This document shows, one piece after another, positions 29,203 through 42,552 of a stretch of DNA of 64,000 nucleotides. Both the position numbers and the translations under genes were made by a program. This stretch comes from Octopus sinensis (taxonomy: Eukaryota): assembly GCF_006345805.1 (NCBI RefSeq), contig NC_042997.1:40424001-40488000 (forward strand), written 5' to 3'. The stretch's first letter is position 1. Every line of letters starts with the position of its first letter. The notes under the pieces are model-generated. The model was not told where the DNA came from. It ran no database searches and saw only the letters and a list, made by a program, of their open reading frames with translations.

Positions 29203-29360
29203 ATTTTGGAACAAAGCTAGTAATTTTAGGGAAACCGTGCAAGTCGATTATATCGATTCAGGACCTGATTGTTGCTATATTTTAATGACTACCAAAAGAT
29301 TAAAAGCAAAGTTGACTTCAGCTTTATTTGAAATCAGAACCTAAAGAACCGAAGAAATGC
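29203..29360 (-). mobile_element. Old SINE family A-like fragment
   Basis: Diverged match (GTCGATTATATCGA...AAAGCAAAGTTGACTTCAGC...TTTGAAATCAGAAC). Confidence 0.5.
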
Positions 29361-29363
29361 TTG

Positions 29364-29787
29364 TCAGTTATTTGACCTTAACCAGTTGAGCATATTCCTA
29401 AGTGGCTGACGATATGTGCATCTCTGATTACGAGCAGAAGTAGTGGGGGAGCATCATAGCCATGTGTTGAGAGGACTTCTTTGGGGTTTGGATAATTCAC
29501 CTCTGGAAACATGGGTGTTTCGTTCAACATCCTTAAACAACTCTTATTCAGGAACCCTTTGAGCGGGATGGGCTAGTAGACCCGGAGAAAATTCTAACTG
29601 GATCCCACCTGCAAGGTCATGCACTATTATCTTGATATGTGAACACCATGTTGCGCAGATATGGTTGTGATGCATGTGCCTGGTGTACCCTTATCAGACT
29701 GATAGTCATGATGGGTATACTGGGCTTCGTATATTTGTACTCCAGTGTCACTTGGTGACATGCACGACTCTCTCACTCAATTATAAT
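29364..29787 (+). mobile_element. Interspersed repeat family D (retroposon 3' end with AAT tail)
   Basis: Reverse-complement match to 52905-53378 over ~420 bp. Ends CTCTCTCACTCAATTATAAT. Confidence 0.75.
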
Positions 29788-31388
29788 GATCTCAAATTTT
29801 GGCGCAAAGCCAGCCTTTTCCTCGTAGAAGTTAATAACTATATAGTCTTCTAAAATATTGAACAATCCTTCATATTAATGTGAAATAGTTTTTGTACATT
29901 ACTTCACACAAAAAAAACAATGGTTAATATATATGTATTAGTTCTGCAAACAGTCTGAGCCACTGTGAGCTCTGGCCACGCTGGAACACTGTTTCATGTG
30001 TTGCATTCTGTTGAGTTTAGTGTCTATATTGTATTTCTGATATTTCTGTGTTATGCATATCATTGTAGCAGGTGGAGCAATGCCTTCCTCGTGACTGGTC
30101 AATTATAATTTGCAAGAATTACACATCACTGATTAACGATATTGTAGGATGTAGAGAGAAGCGCTCTTTGCATACAGTGTTTCGTGATGAGACGGTAAAA
30201 TAGTAGAAATGTATATCATTGTATTTATTGTAAAATGTTTAATTTATTACTTTCTAGTTGGGAGGGTAGAGTTTTGCAAGTGATATGATTACTGTTTCTA
30301 TCAGGTCGATAAATTACGTAGACACTGAGAGAGAAGTGAAGAAACTCACAATCTCGCCTTACTAATTGCTATGTTGTTTGATGGCTATCACCCCAAATGC
30401 AAAACATTATCAATAGGTATCGAATACATAGAAGCATTATGTGGTAAATGTGTTACAGATTATTTAACAATCTACGCATCATATAATCTATTAGTTTTAA
30501 AAGTTATCATTTACAATGATTTTGTTCATTCTGTCAATTTCCTGTTGAATACAGTTAAGTTTCGATTCGTTTCCGTTTGCTATCACGTCATCTATCGAGG
30601 ATATCATTCTTATTTCGATACGTCTAGCCTTTGGTGAATATTAGAGATTGATATTAAGCTGTCTATCCAGCCTCATTCACTTATCAGAATCGGCATCACA
30701 TAGTGTGTGATTCGATTAGTCCTTGGAGTTACAGGTACAACTTATCCAACGAGTATCCAGTCTGTTTCTGCCAATCAAGTTTTATTCACTAAACTTGGGT
30801 CGACTAGAACCCTTCCTATGTACTATAATCTATGTTGATTTTGTTAGAATCATCTATCTCGCATAATCTTTGGACATTAAACCTTCATAGAAGGAGCATT
30901 TATTTAGTAATTGCATGGATAATCTCATTTATATAAAATACTGAATGCTTGAATATTTTAATGTTTAATATTTTAATTATATCACCATTTGTTAACTTAC
31001 CAAAGTTGTAATTTAACCGGCCTCATAGGGTGTTAGACTATAAACTGGAGGGTAGATAGTTTCTTATAATCAGTAGGCACAGATTAAGTAGTGCTACGTT
31101 ATGTTTATAGTTAAGACATTTAATTTGATTTCACTCACTAGTTAGCAGCGGGAATACTGCGTCGATCTAGCTTTTCATAGGTACAATGCAAGCTTTCTGT
31201 GCAGAAATTAAAGTCGATAGAATTGATCCCAGCATGTTATTGACTAACTTTATTACTATTACAGTGTTGTTGATAATTAAAATCGAACCCGAAACAATTG
31301 GGACTCGGGGCACAAATAGAAGGAACTCATTGCTCTAAAACATGAGCATTCCGTGTTTTCCTTTCAGAGAATGTATCGGGATTATACT

Positions 31389-31589
31389 GGTTTCAAATTT
31401 TGGCACAGGGTCAGAAATTTCGAGGAAAGAGTAATTCAATTACATCGACCCCAGTGCTCAACTGATGCTTTTTTGTTTTATCGGCTTAGAAAGGATGAAA
31501 GACAAAGTCGACCGCGGTACGTAAAGACGAATGAAATGTCGCTATGCATTTTGCCCGGCGTGTTAACGATTCTGCTGACTTACCGCCTT
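31389..31589 (-). mobile_element. SINE family A
   Basis: Diverged reverse-complement copy ending TTACCGCCTTA. Confidence 0.75.
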
Positions 31590-31766
31590 ATATCAGGATT
31601 ATATTAACCAAAATGTTTTCCTTCCCGTTTCTTTTAAGATGATAATAAGATTCGAATAAGATTAGGTTGATATTAGTTACCAGATAAATGGGAACGCAAA
31701 GGCTCCTTATAACTGACTTCGTTAGCTCAGTGAGATTCCCTCTTTAGCTCGATGAAAACTTGCAAG

Positions 31767-32012
31767 GGATCTTTTCGATTTGAACGGTAGTTTTTAACAT
31801 AATTTCTCGTTTAAGAAACAGATTGGGTTTATTTACATTTGTGAAGAAAAAAAAGATACCCTTCACCCCACCCCTAACCCTAACCCTAACCCTAACTAAC
31901 CCTAACACTAAAACAGATTGAAATGCAATAGATCGATACTAGGGTCATAATTATGGGTGACAATTTCATATGACACCGCTAGAAAAAACGGCCGTTCAAA
32001 CCGAAAAGATCC
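31767..32012. mobile_element. MITE with 29-bp TIRs and internal (CCCTAA)n
   Basis: GGATCTTTTCGATTTGAACGGTAGTTTTT versus the reverse complement of the right end, GGATCTTTTCGGTTTGAACGGCCGTTTTT (26/29). Telomere-type hexamers lie at 31872-31906. No clear TSD. Confidence 0.8.
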
Positions 32013-32434
32013 GAGTACATTTTTATTGCCTCCATTCTACGTTCCTCTTTTAAGGTGCAGTTTAAATAAATACCACCAGAACTTATAATTAATGTATCTC
32101 TTGTAGAAAGATTTAGAAACAAGCTCACTTTTCGATTTTTAATACATATGGACATTTTTTTATACTAATATGAACTCACATTCTAATAGCAGGAAGATAT
32201 TCCCACAAAAATATTATCTACATGATAATGGATAAAATATTTCGTGATACTCTCTGTCAATTCCAAATCATTCATTGCTATTCTCATTTAGATTTTTTTT
32301 TAAATAAAACTCATTATATTTGCTTAATATGTGCTTCCATTTCCAGAAATTATTTTTAATAATTTTATATAAATATATACGTAGAAAACACCTATATATC
32401 AACACACACACATACACACACAAACGCGCGCACG

Positions 32435-32521
<87 letters not shown>

Positions 32522-32821
32522 GGATGCAAGTAAGTACACCTATATTCTTATATTCGTGTGAATATTTGCAAAAATACAATGGACTGTAGTACTAACAACA
32601 AATAACGAATAATAAAGAACGATGTGTCTGCTTACAAATTCAATCGTGTTCTTGTAAAATATATTCTATTCCGAACAATGTAATGTCGTTTTTTTTTTCT
32701 GCTTGAATATGCACTAAATATTTACATATTTATAATTGGATACCTATGTCTATTTATGCATATTCTTATTGCATTTACGAGGTGTATATCTATGACATAC
32801 AATCTCTCCATATCTCCATCC

Positions 32822-32853
<32 letters not shown>

Positions 32854-33096
32854 GTCTGTCTGCCTGCCTCTCTGTCTCCGTCTGTCTGTTTATCTCTCTC
32901 TCTATCTCTCAGTCTCCAGTCACACATACATCTATGCTTGCGGGTTCATACTGGTGTGAATTGCAATTAAGTACAAATAAACAAAAAAGAATACTTAATA
33001 TTGTTAGGCTGAGTGGAAAACATTATCTTTCCAACGAAACGACGAATACCAAGTATCAGCACACATGCATGTGCATGTTTGGGGGCACACTCACAT

Positions 33097-33138
<42 letters not shown>

Positions 33139-33308
33139 ACACACACACACACGCACATAAAACATACGTGTGTGAGTGTGTATGTGTGTGTGTGCCCACA
33201 AACATGCACATGTACGTGTGCTGAGGTTGGTGGTCCGGAATAATGATAGTTATTCCGCCTCCGTCTTCAGGGGAGAATTTTACATTTGATGTGTTGGCAG
33301 GATGGAGT

Positions 33309-33470
33309 AGGCTTCTTTCAATTTCGCTCTTCCAAATCCACTCACAAGGATTTGGTCGGCCCGAGGCTATAATAAATGATACTTGCTCAAGGTGCCACGC
33401 TGTGGGACTCAATCTGGAATTATACAGTTGGGAAGCAAGCTTCTTACCACACAGCCACGCCTGCGCCTAT
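33309..33470 (-). mobile_element. SINE family C head
   Basis: Aligns with 4385-4540. Confidence 0.8.
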
Positions 33471-33474
33471 TATA

Positions 33475-33527
<53 letters not shown>

Positions 33528-33599
33528 TATATATATACACACATATATCCGTCAAATGTATATAATATAAATAATGTACATAATTCCTCATCTCTTAAA

Positions 33600-34130
33600 T
33601 ATAGTACTGTATTATCTAATTGCATGTCCAGCATTTAATGGACATGCATATTCATAATGTGTCTGCTGTGTTTATTTGGTATCTGAGATTTGTATATTTA
33701 AGTGGGAATTCAATTAATTTTGGGTGTTGCCTTTTACGGACTGCTATAGATATACATGTTATGTACATTTTGAAACATTTACGAAAAATTTCCGATCCAT
33801 GCCTTTCAATGTCATATTGTCAGTGTAGAGATCCGTGATGCGACAATTTGTAAACGACTATTCCTCTTACTCTTTCTCCTTGTGTTGTACACCATGGAGC
33901 TAGATTTTGGAGAATCTTCCACATATAGATATATGTCAGGATATCGTTCCTGCAAACGTTCCAAAGAGTAGGCACGCAATGCGTGGTGGAGTCTCCGTTA
34001 CTTCCAGAATAAGCCTTTGGATATTTCTGGTGAATATTATTTACAATGTCTACAGGTGGTAGGCAAAACATAGGCTGTACATGAAAATATTAAAAACTCG
34101 CGTTCGGGCACACAGAATATCTTTATTCTT
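33600..34130 (-). mobile_element. CR1/L2-like LINE 3' fragment
   Basis: Frameshifted LRAYSLERLQERY / IYMWKILQNLAP resembles the post-RT motif YSLERRRERYxIIYxWKI. Confidence 0.55.
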
Positions 34131-34196
34131 GATATGTATATACACATACACATGCATACACACACGCTAATGTATTTTGTTCTAGTGTGTGCATGC

Positions 34197-34233
<37 letters not shown>

Positions 34234-35158
34234 ACATATCCATCTATCCATCTGTCTGTCTGTCTATATATGCATGTATATATATTTATGTGTGTTTGTA
34301 TACATGTAACTGCGAAAGTATATTGCATTAGTTATAATGTAGTTCTGAGCATTCTGTAAGTAACTGGTGACATCAGGCAACCATGTATTATTGGGAATTC
34401 AACTTTGTTCTATGTTCATAATACATACCTAAATGTATGTATGCGTGTGTGTGTGGTATGTGGTGTCCATGTGTGTTTGTGTGTGTGTGTGTGTGGATGT
34501 GTGAGTGCATTTGTACGTGTGTGTGCACACATGTATGTATGTTTGTACGTGTATTTCAAAGTCTTGATATGTAGGTAAAGTAACAATGGTAATCAGCTTA
34601 ATGCGTGTTTCTAGTTTGTTGACCCACTCGGTATTCAGTATAATGAAGCTGAATCTCGTTATAAAAAACGTATCATAGTGGAACATGTATTCCATATCAC
34701 AGATTACTGTAAAAATATCTTGCATTGTATTACATAAATAGGAAGCATGCTTTGCGTAAGAAAAGCAAATTGAATCTCTTAAGGCATTTTTCTTACATAG
34801 ACTGACTCGTGCATCTAACTTTAAATTGTATTAGAAAGTAAGTCAGCAAGGTGCTACGTATTCTTGTAAGAAATGCTTGTTTTGAACAGTGTAGCTTGCT
34901 GACAGTTATTTAACTTTGTCTCTAAGCATAGTTCATGGAGTCAGAATTTTCATTGTCACAAGTCCGTTATATTTAACATCAGTCTATTTTTTTCGTATTT
35001 GATCAGTATTTATCTACCTCACTATTATTTAGTATAAAGCCTGAGTTAACACTGTACAGGGTGAGTCAGAATTCAAGCACAAAATACGTTCAATACACTC
35101 ACGTACTTGTACATGATGAACAAAATCAATAGTAATAATTATAATAATAACAACGTAA

Positions 35159-35552
35159 TCTCTCTCTATATATAAAGCTGAAGTTGTCTGTGTATGGCAG
35201 GTTTGGTAGCCTTCAACTAACACTATCTCCTCCGTGACCCTGCGGTGCAAGTTGACCAAAATTGAGAGTATGATAGAAGAAGGATTGCTCTTCCTTCCGT
35301 AGAAGAAAAAATTCAAATCAAACCATATTAACACCGAAACTTGTTTACATAAAAAAGTACTTTTTTTCTATGAAAATCTTTATTTTTTACGATTTTTTGA
35401 CTGATGTGTCGCCATTTTTCGGTGTATTACAACCAGAAAAATGTTCACTTAAAGAGAATAACAAAGCTACATAATGCAAATTTTTTTCTTTTCAAAAATT
35501 TCAATTCTAAAGGGTCGAAACAAACTCGAGCAACGCCGGGCGATACTGCTAG
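35159..35552 (+). mobile_element. Short non-autonomous Helitron
   Basis: Starts A|TCTCTCTCTATATATAAAG and ends CGAGCAACGCCGGG-N8-CTAG, the same 3' motif as 17069-18331. Confidence 0.8.
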
Positions 35553-36137
35553 AATGCATAAAATGTGAAACGTTTTGGTGCCTGACTTGTTGGCCTACCC
35601 TGTATTTCATTTTTTAAAAAAAATATTTGCGTTCAGTTATCATTTAAACGCTTCTATGCTCAAGAATAATTTCTTTCTCGATTTTTACTTTCAAACCAAA
35701 GCTAAATATACATTTGAAATTGGACTGTTTTGTTAAGCATAGTTGTGATGCGAATGCGAAATAAAAATAAAATATGCAGCGAGAATTGTGGAGCAAGGAT
35801 TAATCTGTCATACTTCAATTCTAGGTTGAGCGCTATCCAGTCTTATTATGTCGCTAAAAATTTGAGTAAAATTCATAAACATCATGATATGTCGAGTACG
35901 TGATGAAGACTTAACGTGGTTGCTATATCTATTAGTAATAGCCGCCAAATATCATTCAATAGACATAGTTTTACTAATGATTTCTTTTGAATAATCTAGT
36001 CCGGCGTACACAATTAGTCGAAAATAAACAGACGATACGTGTCATGACCTGAATGCTTTTGATCGTAGGTCTGTTCGGTCAACGTTGACTTGGTGTTAAA
36101 CGGTTTCAATGGTGCGCACTACACTATATACTGTCAA

Positions 36138-36690
36138 GTGGAGGCGCAATGGCCCAGTGGTTAGGGCAGCGGACTCGCGGTCATAGGATCGCGGTTTCGA
36201 TTCCCAGACCGGGCGTTATGAGTGTTTATTGAGCGAAAACACCTAAAAGCTCCACGAGGCTCCGGCCGGGGATGGTGGTGATCCCTGCTGTACTCTTTCA
36301 CCAGTGGAGGCGCAATGGCTCAGTGGTTAGGGCAGCGGACTCGCGGTCGTAGGATCGCGGTTTCGATTCCCAGACCAGGCGTTGTGAGTGTTTATTGAGC
36401 GAAAACACCTAAAAAGCTCCACGAGGCTCCGGTAGGGGATGGTGGTGATCCCTGCTGTACTCTTTCACCACAACTTTCTCTCACTCTTACTTCCTGTTTC
36501 TGTTGTACCCGTACTTCAAAGGGCCGGCCTTGTCACTCTCTGTGTCACGCTGAATATCCCCGAGAACTACGTTATGGGTACACGTGTCTGTGGAGTGCTC
36601 AGCCACTTACACGTTAATTTCACGAGCAGCCTGTTCCGTTGATTCGGATCAACCGGAACCCTCGTCGTCGTAACCGGCGGAGTGCTTCCA
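36138..36690 (+). mobile_element. Young tRNA-derived SINE (family B) with tandemly duplicated 166-bp head
   Basis: A-box TGGCCCAGTGG and B-box GGTTTCGATTCC. Head 36138-36303 is followed by a full copy from 36304. Near-identical to 40728 and 61016. Confidence 0.9.
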
Positions 36691-37616
36691 CCAAATATAG
36701 TCAAATTCTCTATCCATCCATCCATCCATACATCCATCCATCCACCCATCCGTCCGTCCGTCCGTCCATCCATCCATCCATCCCTCCGTCCGTCCGTCCG
36801 TCCATCTTCACCGCTGCACGACGATTATTAATTTTATGAAGTAATTAGTGACGGAAATAGACTGAATAACATTCAACCTATGATAGAAGTATTATAGATT
36901 AATTCTTACTCAGCAGTTCTCACTACATTCGTGTGAGGATCGTGATGGGTAGAAACCTCCAGAGAGTCCTCTCAGAAGTAAACGTCAGCAAATTACCCGG
37001 CCGTATCATTTCCCGTCATCTAAAATGAAATCTGTTATGCTTCATTAGACATAAGTAGTAATTATCATAACAATACGTTATTGAATATTGTGAATTAGCA
37101 TCCCTTTGTTGAACACATTGTGAATAAAAACGAACAAACAAACCAAAAAACTTTCAGCCATCGAATATAAAACGGATCCAAGTTATTAATCAATGATTTA
37201 GGTTTTGTTTTGATGATTTATTGTAAAGGAAAATCAGTCGATTCTTCGAAGTCCGGTTTACTAGTACTGCTTTGCCCTATGCTGTCTTTAGCGGAGTTCG
37301 GTGTGTAGCAAGCATTCAAAACCAGAGCCTCCGGCATTCATTGTCCTAAATGAGCATCAGCCGTATCAGTCTGGAAGGACCTGCAAAACTGAAGGGCAGT
37401 GTTCTATTTATTTCATAAAAATTTTTATAGCTACAAATTTTCTGATATATATGGTTTTTGTTAGAGATTTAGAACAAGTAGCAGACTTGAATGCTTGAAC
37501 TGATATGATCGGCTAAACCCTTCAATGTGTTGCTCAAGTACGGTCCCAGCCCAATAAGATAATTAAGGCATTATAAATATTTGTGTGCTCATATGCACGT
37601 GCGCTTACACACACAA

Positions 37617-37699
<83 letters not shown>

Positions 37700-37789
37700 C
37701 AAAAGCAATTGGATATAAATTTAATAATAACATCAATTTAACAGGAAGTGGTTTAGCGCAAAAAAACCTGGGATACAGTAAAAATTAAT

Positions 37790-37886
37790 ACACAAATATA
37801 AGAGAGTGTCCACTATGTGGTCGCTCTTGCGGATCTATTTTTAGCGCAAGAGCGACCACATAGTGGACACTCTTTTATATTTGTGT
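37790..37886. repeat. Hairpin, 42-bp arms, 13-nt loop
   Basis: 37790-37831 versus 37845-37886, 1 mismatch. Confidence 0.95.
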
Positions 37887-38096
37887 GTGTATATATGTAT
37901 ATATATGAACAAACACACATACATAATACGACATACTTTCAGTCAATCACATTTCACGCACAGGGCATTAATCGACAAGTGGTTTGGAAGAAAGCACTTC
38001 TCTAAGGTGATGAACCTCCAAGCAAACTGGAAAACTAATAAAGTGAACTTCATTACTCTTAAGATAAAACATTCATTTAACTCCATAATTATTAAA

Positions 38097-38312
38097 TAAG
38101 GTGGTGAGTTGGCAGAATCGTTAGCTCACCGGGCGAAATCCTTAGCCGTATTTCGTCTGTCTTTACGTTCTGAGTTCAACTTCCGCCAAGGTCGACTTAG
38201 CCTTTCATCTTTTCGGAGTCGATAAATTAAGCACCAGTTGCATACTGGGGTCGATCTAATCGACTGGATCCCTCCCCCAAAATTTCGGGCCTTGTACCTA
38301 GAGTAGAGAAGA
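38097..38312 (+). mobile_element. SINE family A
   Basis: AAGGTGGTGAGTTGGCAGAATCGTTAGC...GGCCTTGTACCTAGAGTAGAGAA. Confidence 0.85.
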
Positions 38313-39629
38313 TTAATAGTTATTAAATTTTTAATAGAATATATTATAATATCATATATTACATATAGCTCAAAAGCCACCCGATAAGCCGGCTTTTAAG
38401 CTAGCTCCTGTGGAGGGTTCTTCATTCAGCCTTGAGCCCAATAATGACACTTCATGCATTGAGTACATATTAAATTTTATCAAACATGACCAATATTTTT
38501 CAAGCAATGAACAATTTTCGTCTAAACAGTGATATATGTTGACTTGGAACTTATTGCAAAGCTTCATGATAAACAACATTTTTTTGTCTTTCCATTCGTG
38601 GGGGGGGGGCAGTTCAATTCTTTTTTCTGCCTAACCTCTTTCTTTCTATCTCTTTGTTTCTATTGATTGTTTTCAACCATCAACATCACCAGTACCACCA
38701 CCAGCGCCACTACAACTGCCATACATAAATATTCAGACTTCTGACGATACCACCATCAACATATTTGACTCGCCGCCTCCCCGTCTACCACCATCACTGT
38801 CTTTCACATCCCTTACTATCACCATCATGCTTGACCGCCTCAGCTACAACCACCACCACCACCACCATCATCATCACCGTCGACTCCGCCTCTATTACAA
38901 CTACAGCTCATACTATTACTATCATCTCATTAGCATCTCAGTTGTCAATCTACTACCGCCCTCACCGTCTCTATGCCTACTATTACTCTCACCCCAGCAA
39001 GAGTAGTAGAAGAAGTGACATTGAATGGTGAGAGAGGAGTGGGGTCAAAGTGTGACACACTGACACACAGAAATTCGTTTTGGCATTTATTATTACAGAT
39101 TATAAATCAATACTAAGTTATTTATGTTAAGCACCGTAAAAATAATTTTATGAATAAATTAGATTGCACTACTTTAGATGACATCTATTAAAATCTAAAT
39201 CCAAAATCACATGGCGATTATTTGCTACATCAATAATTGTAAAAATGGATAATCGTCGTAAACTAAACAAACTGTGATAGCCATCCTTACTTTGAGTCGC
39301 TGGAATCTGTCAAAAATGCAAATATTTCCACAGGAGTCTTCTCTTTGTGTGTCGTTTTAATCTTCATCAAATACAACAGAAGTCCACAAGTAGAAAAATC
39401 ATTAATGCTAATAATTTCACCTGTGGTTTTATAGATCTGTGGAGCATTCGTTGGCTGTATACCTCATTAATGACTAAGCCATCACTAAGTGTGTTACTAG
39501 TTTGGGGGTTATTGAATCCTATGCCTAATAGCCATCTGAAGCCCTCATCGAAGATGTCTATTGCATATCGTTATTAACTTCATTGACATTAACCACATTG
39601 CTAGTGACTTTTCCGAGTCTTCCTCAGCC

Positions 39630-40029
39630 AGGCGGCGAGCTGGCAGAGTCGTTAGCACGTCGGGTGAAATGCTTAGCGGTATTTCGTCTGCGGTTACGTT
39701 CTGAGTTCAAATTCCGCCGAGGTCGACTTTACTTTTCATCCTTTCGGGGTCGATTAAATAAGTACAAGTTACGCACTGGGGTTGATACAATCGACTTAAT
39801 CCATTTGTCTGTCCTTGTTTGTCCCCTCTGTGTTTAGCCCCTTGTGGGTGCTAAAGAAATAGGTATTTCGTCTGCCGCTACGTTCTAAGCTCAAATTCTG
39901 CCGAAGACAACTTTGCCTTTCATCCTTTCGGGGTCGATAAATTAAGTACCTGTGAAACACTGGAGTTGATGTTATTGAGTAACCCCCCGCCCAATTTCAG
40001 GCCTTGTGTCTATAGTAGAAAGGATTATT
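39630..40029 (+). mobile_element. SINE family A, dimeric form
   Basis: Full unit plus a headless second unit from 39862, with the same junction as 15893-16306. Confidence 0.85.
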
Positions 40030-40727
40030 GCTATATCAGGTGTGAGTAAAGATATAGAACCAGTTAACTGGACTAATCAGAATTAGCTAACCTAATGTAA
40101 CACGAGGACAGCTTTTAACCATAGAGAGAAGTTATCACTCTCAGTGAAATTTATAAATAAATAGGAACTGAAGTACAAAAGAGGTAAGGCTGATGAGAAT
40201 AAGTGGTTACCTTTTGCGTCAAGAAACATTATTGGTAGTAATGGTAACAGTAGTTTATCATCAGTTTCTGCAGTTTTAAGTGGATAAAAGACATCTCTTG
40301 AATGCATCACTCTATAGAAAAATTAATTCAGCAGTGTAGGTTAGCGAAATATCACTGAGTTCCTAGTGTGGTGACTTCCTAACTGAAAGAAAGAATAAAT
40401 ATTTGGAATATATCTTGTAAATACTCGTCTCTCTGTAACCTGTGCGCGTATGCGTGCACACACATTTTTTGTTTTGTATCCTCTGCACATTACTTCTCTT
40501 TGAAATCACTCGGTAGTTAAGCGCATATTTTTGAAGTATATTGAAGCATATCCCAATGGCATCAAAGCGCTACGAGGCACTGAATGATTGTCCGTTTTGT
40601 GTGGAACTTTGTCGTTTTGGCAATCCAAATTCTCTATAAATAGTATGTAGGGAATTGAATAAATGACCTACTTTTAATTGCAGTCTTGCCGAAATATTCC
40701 GTGTGATCAATTTAGTTATAAGAGATC

Positions 40728-41115
40728 GTGGAGGCGCAATGGCCCAGTGGTTAGGGCAGCGGACTCGCGGTCGTAGGATCGCGGTTTCGATTCCCAGACC
40801 GGGCGTTGTGAGTGTTTATTGAGCGAAAACACCTAAAGCTCCACGAGGCTCCAGCAGGGGATGGTGGTGATCCCTGCTGTACTCTTTCACCACAACTTTC
40901 TCTCACTCTTACCTCCTGTTTCTGTTGTACCTGTATTTCAAAGGGCCGGCCTTGTCACTCTCTGTGTCACGCTGAATATCCCCGAGAACTACGTTAAGGG
41001 TACACGTGTCTGTGGAGTGCTCAGCCACTTACACGTTAATTTCACGAGCAGGCTGTTCCGTTGATTCGGATCAACCGGAACCCTCGTCGTCGTAACCGAC
41101 GGAGTGCTTCCAATG
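40728..41115 (+). mobile_element. Young tRNA-derived SINE (family B), full length
   Basis: Pol III A/B boxes. 9-bp TSD TAAGAGATC at 40719-40727 and 41116-41124. Confidence 0.93.
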
Positions 41116-41953
41116 TAAGAGATCAGTGATATACCTCACTACGACTCATTATAGTGTGAAAAGAATGTAGCAATTTGCATCGATGTTAAGTATCCGTTTT
41201 GATTACTGGTGAATACACGGATGTAATAGGTAATAATATAAATAATAAGTATTATATGAATTATATGCATATCTCCGCATATCACTCTAGCTCTCACTAG
41301 TCAATGTGTGCAGGAGTCTTAGGTCGTGTGAAGTGTTCTTTGCGACGGAATTATGTGCATTGCATATTGAATAAATATAAGTTTACTTCCTAATTATTAA
41401 ATAACAGTTTGTGTGGACATCAATTTCTCTTGGGCACTGGATGCAAAATCTGTGCAAAAACACGCGCCCACAGCTTAGGGGAGAGAATCCTGTCCATAGC
41501 AAATATGCAAGATAAATGTTCCTTCTTCTCTAAAAGTAATATTAAAAGAACATAAGAAAGAAAGATAAAGAGATCTACTTTCGATTTCAGCATCGGATGA
41601 CCAGTATTTCATTTGCCATTTTCCTGCTTATGGCACATTCATTCTGTGAATGGACTTGACATTGCTGAGATTGTAAGCTATTATCTATCATACTTCAGGA
41701 ATTTTATAGATTGTTGAACGTATGAATGTTATTGACATAAGGAATACTGAATAGTCTTACCACGCAGATTCCTAATGTTTATACAAGTACTTCAAACATT
41801 TGAGAACATTACGACTGTATTATATGAATACTTCAGAGATTTAGAGAGTAGTTTCTACGACTGACTCAACAGGTGATCCCCTCATATATATATATGTGTG
41901 TGTGTTTGTGTGTGTCTGTGTGTCTGTGTGTGTATGTGTGTGCGTGTGTTTGC

Positions 41954-41990
<37 letters not shown>

Positions 41991-42194
41991 AAATAGAAAG
42001 ATGAATAATCTTGTAGTAGATTAATCAAAAGTTTAACCGATACCTTAGTAGCAAAATCACAGCAGTGAACAGCACGGTTGGAGGTACAACCATCTGGCGT
42101 TGCAACCGTGCGTTGGTGCGGATAATTGAAATTAAAACATTATTGGTGAATTGAAGAAATGGAGCTGAACGCAGATTGAACAGAAATCGTTTTA

Positions 42195-42283
42195 TTTCAT
42201 TCTACACGTGTTTCGAAAGGCACAAATTACCAAAATCCGATTGAATAATGGACCATATTGTGTCTTTCTCTTCAGGAAGAAAA
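42195..42283 (-). ncRNA. Type-I hammerhead ribozyme motif (left arm of palindrome)
   Basis: Reverse complement of the 42410-42499 motif. CTGAAGA is at 42275-42269, GAAAC at 42214-42210, and the GUA site ends at 42203. Confidence 0.7.
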
Positions 42284-42409
42284 AAGGAAATCCGTTGGAA
42301 AAACAAAAACAGAACAGAGGCAGAGCAAAACAAATCGAACTGTGCAGTCGATTTGTTTTTGCTCTGCCTCTGCCTCTGTTCTGTTTTTGTTTTTCCAACG
42401 GATTTCCTT

Positions 42410-42499
42410 TTTTCTTCCTGAAGAGAAAGACACAATATGGTCCCATTATTCAATCGGATTTTGGTAATTTGTGCCTTTCGAAACACGTGTAGAATGAAA
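42410..42499 (+). ncRNA. Type-I hammerhead ribozyme motif (right arm of palindrome)
   Basis: ttcttc-CTGAAGA(42418-24)-GAAAGacacaa...ttgtgcCTTTC-GAAAC-ACGT-GTA(42491)-gaatgaa. The core is canonical CUGANGA/GAAA, stem II is ~10 bp, stem III is the palindrome ACACGTGT, and stem I is short and imperfect. Confidence 0.7.
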
Positions 42500-42552
42500 T
42501 AAAACGATTTCTGTTCAATCTGCGTTCAGCTCCATTTCTTCAATTCACCAAT

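Noticed and set aside
31872-31906. True telomere or chromosome end
   Set aside because: Only about five units, enclosed by MITE TIRs, with ordinary sequence on both sides.
36138-36215. tRNA gene calls for the SINE heads (also 40728, 59950, 61402, 4540)
   Set aside because: A/B boxes are present, but I could not fold a complete cloverleaf. They continue into a shared repeat body, and two copies have clear TSDs, so they are SINEs.
39415-39520. Kinase-like MLHRSIKPQ on the minus strand
   Set aside because: The catalytic Asp is absent, no other kinase subdomains are nearby, and no good acceptor was found.
40196-40235. CTGATGA...GAAAC pair
   Set aside because: There is no stem II, stem III or cleavage triplet pairing, so it is likely a chance match in AT-rich DNA.
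42192-42492. Mirror-image ORFs on both strands
   Set aside because: They are a by-product of the palindrome and show no protein-family motifs.
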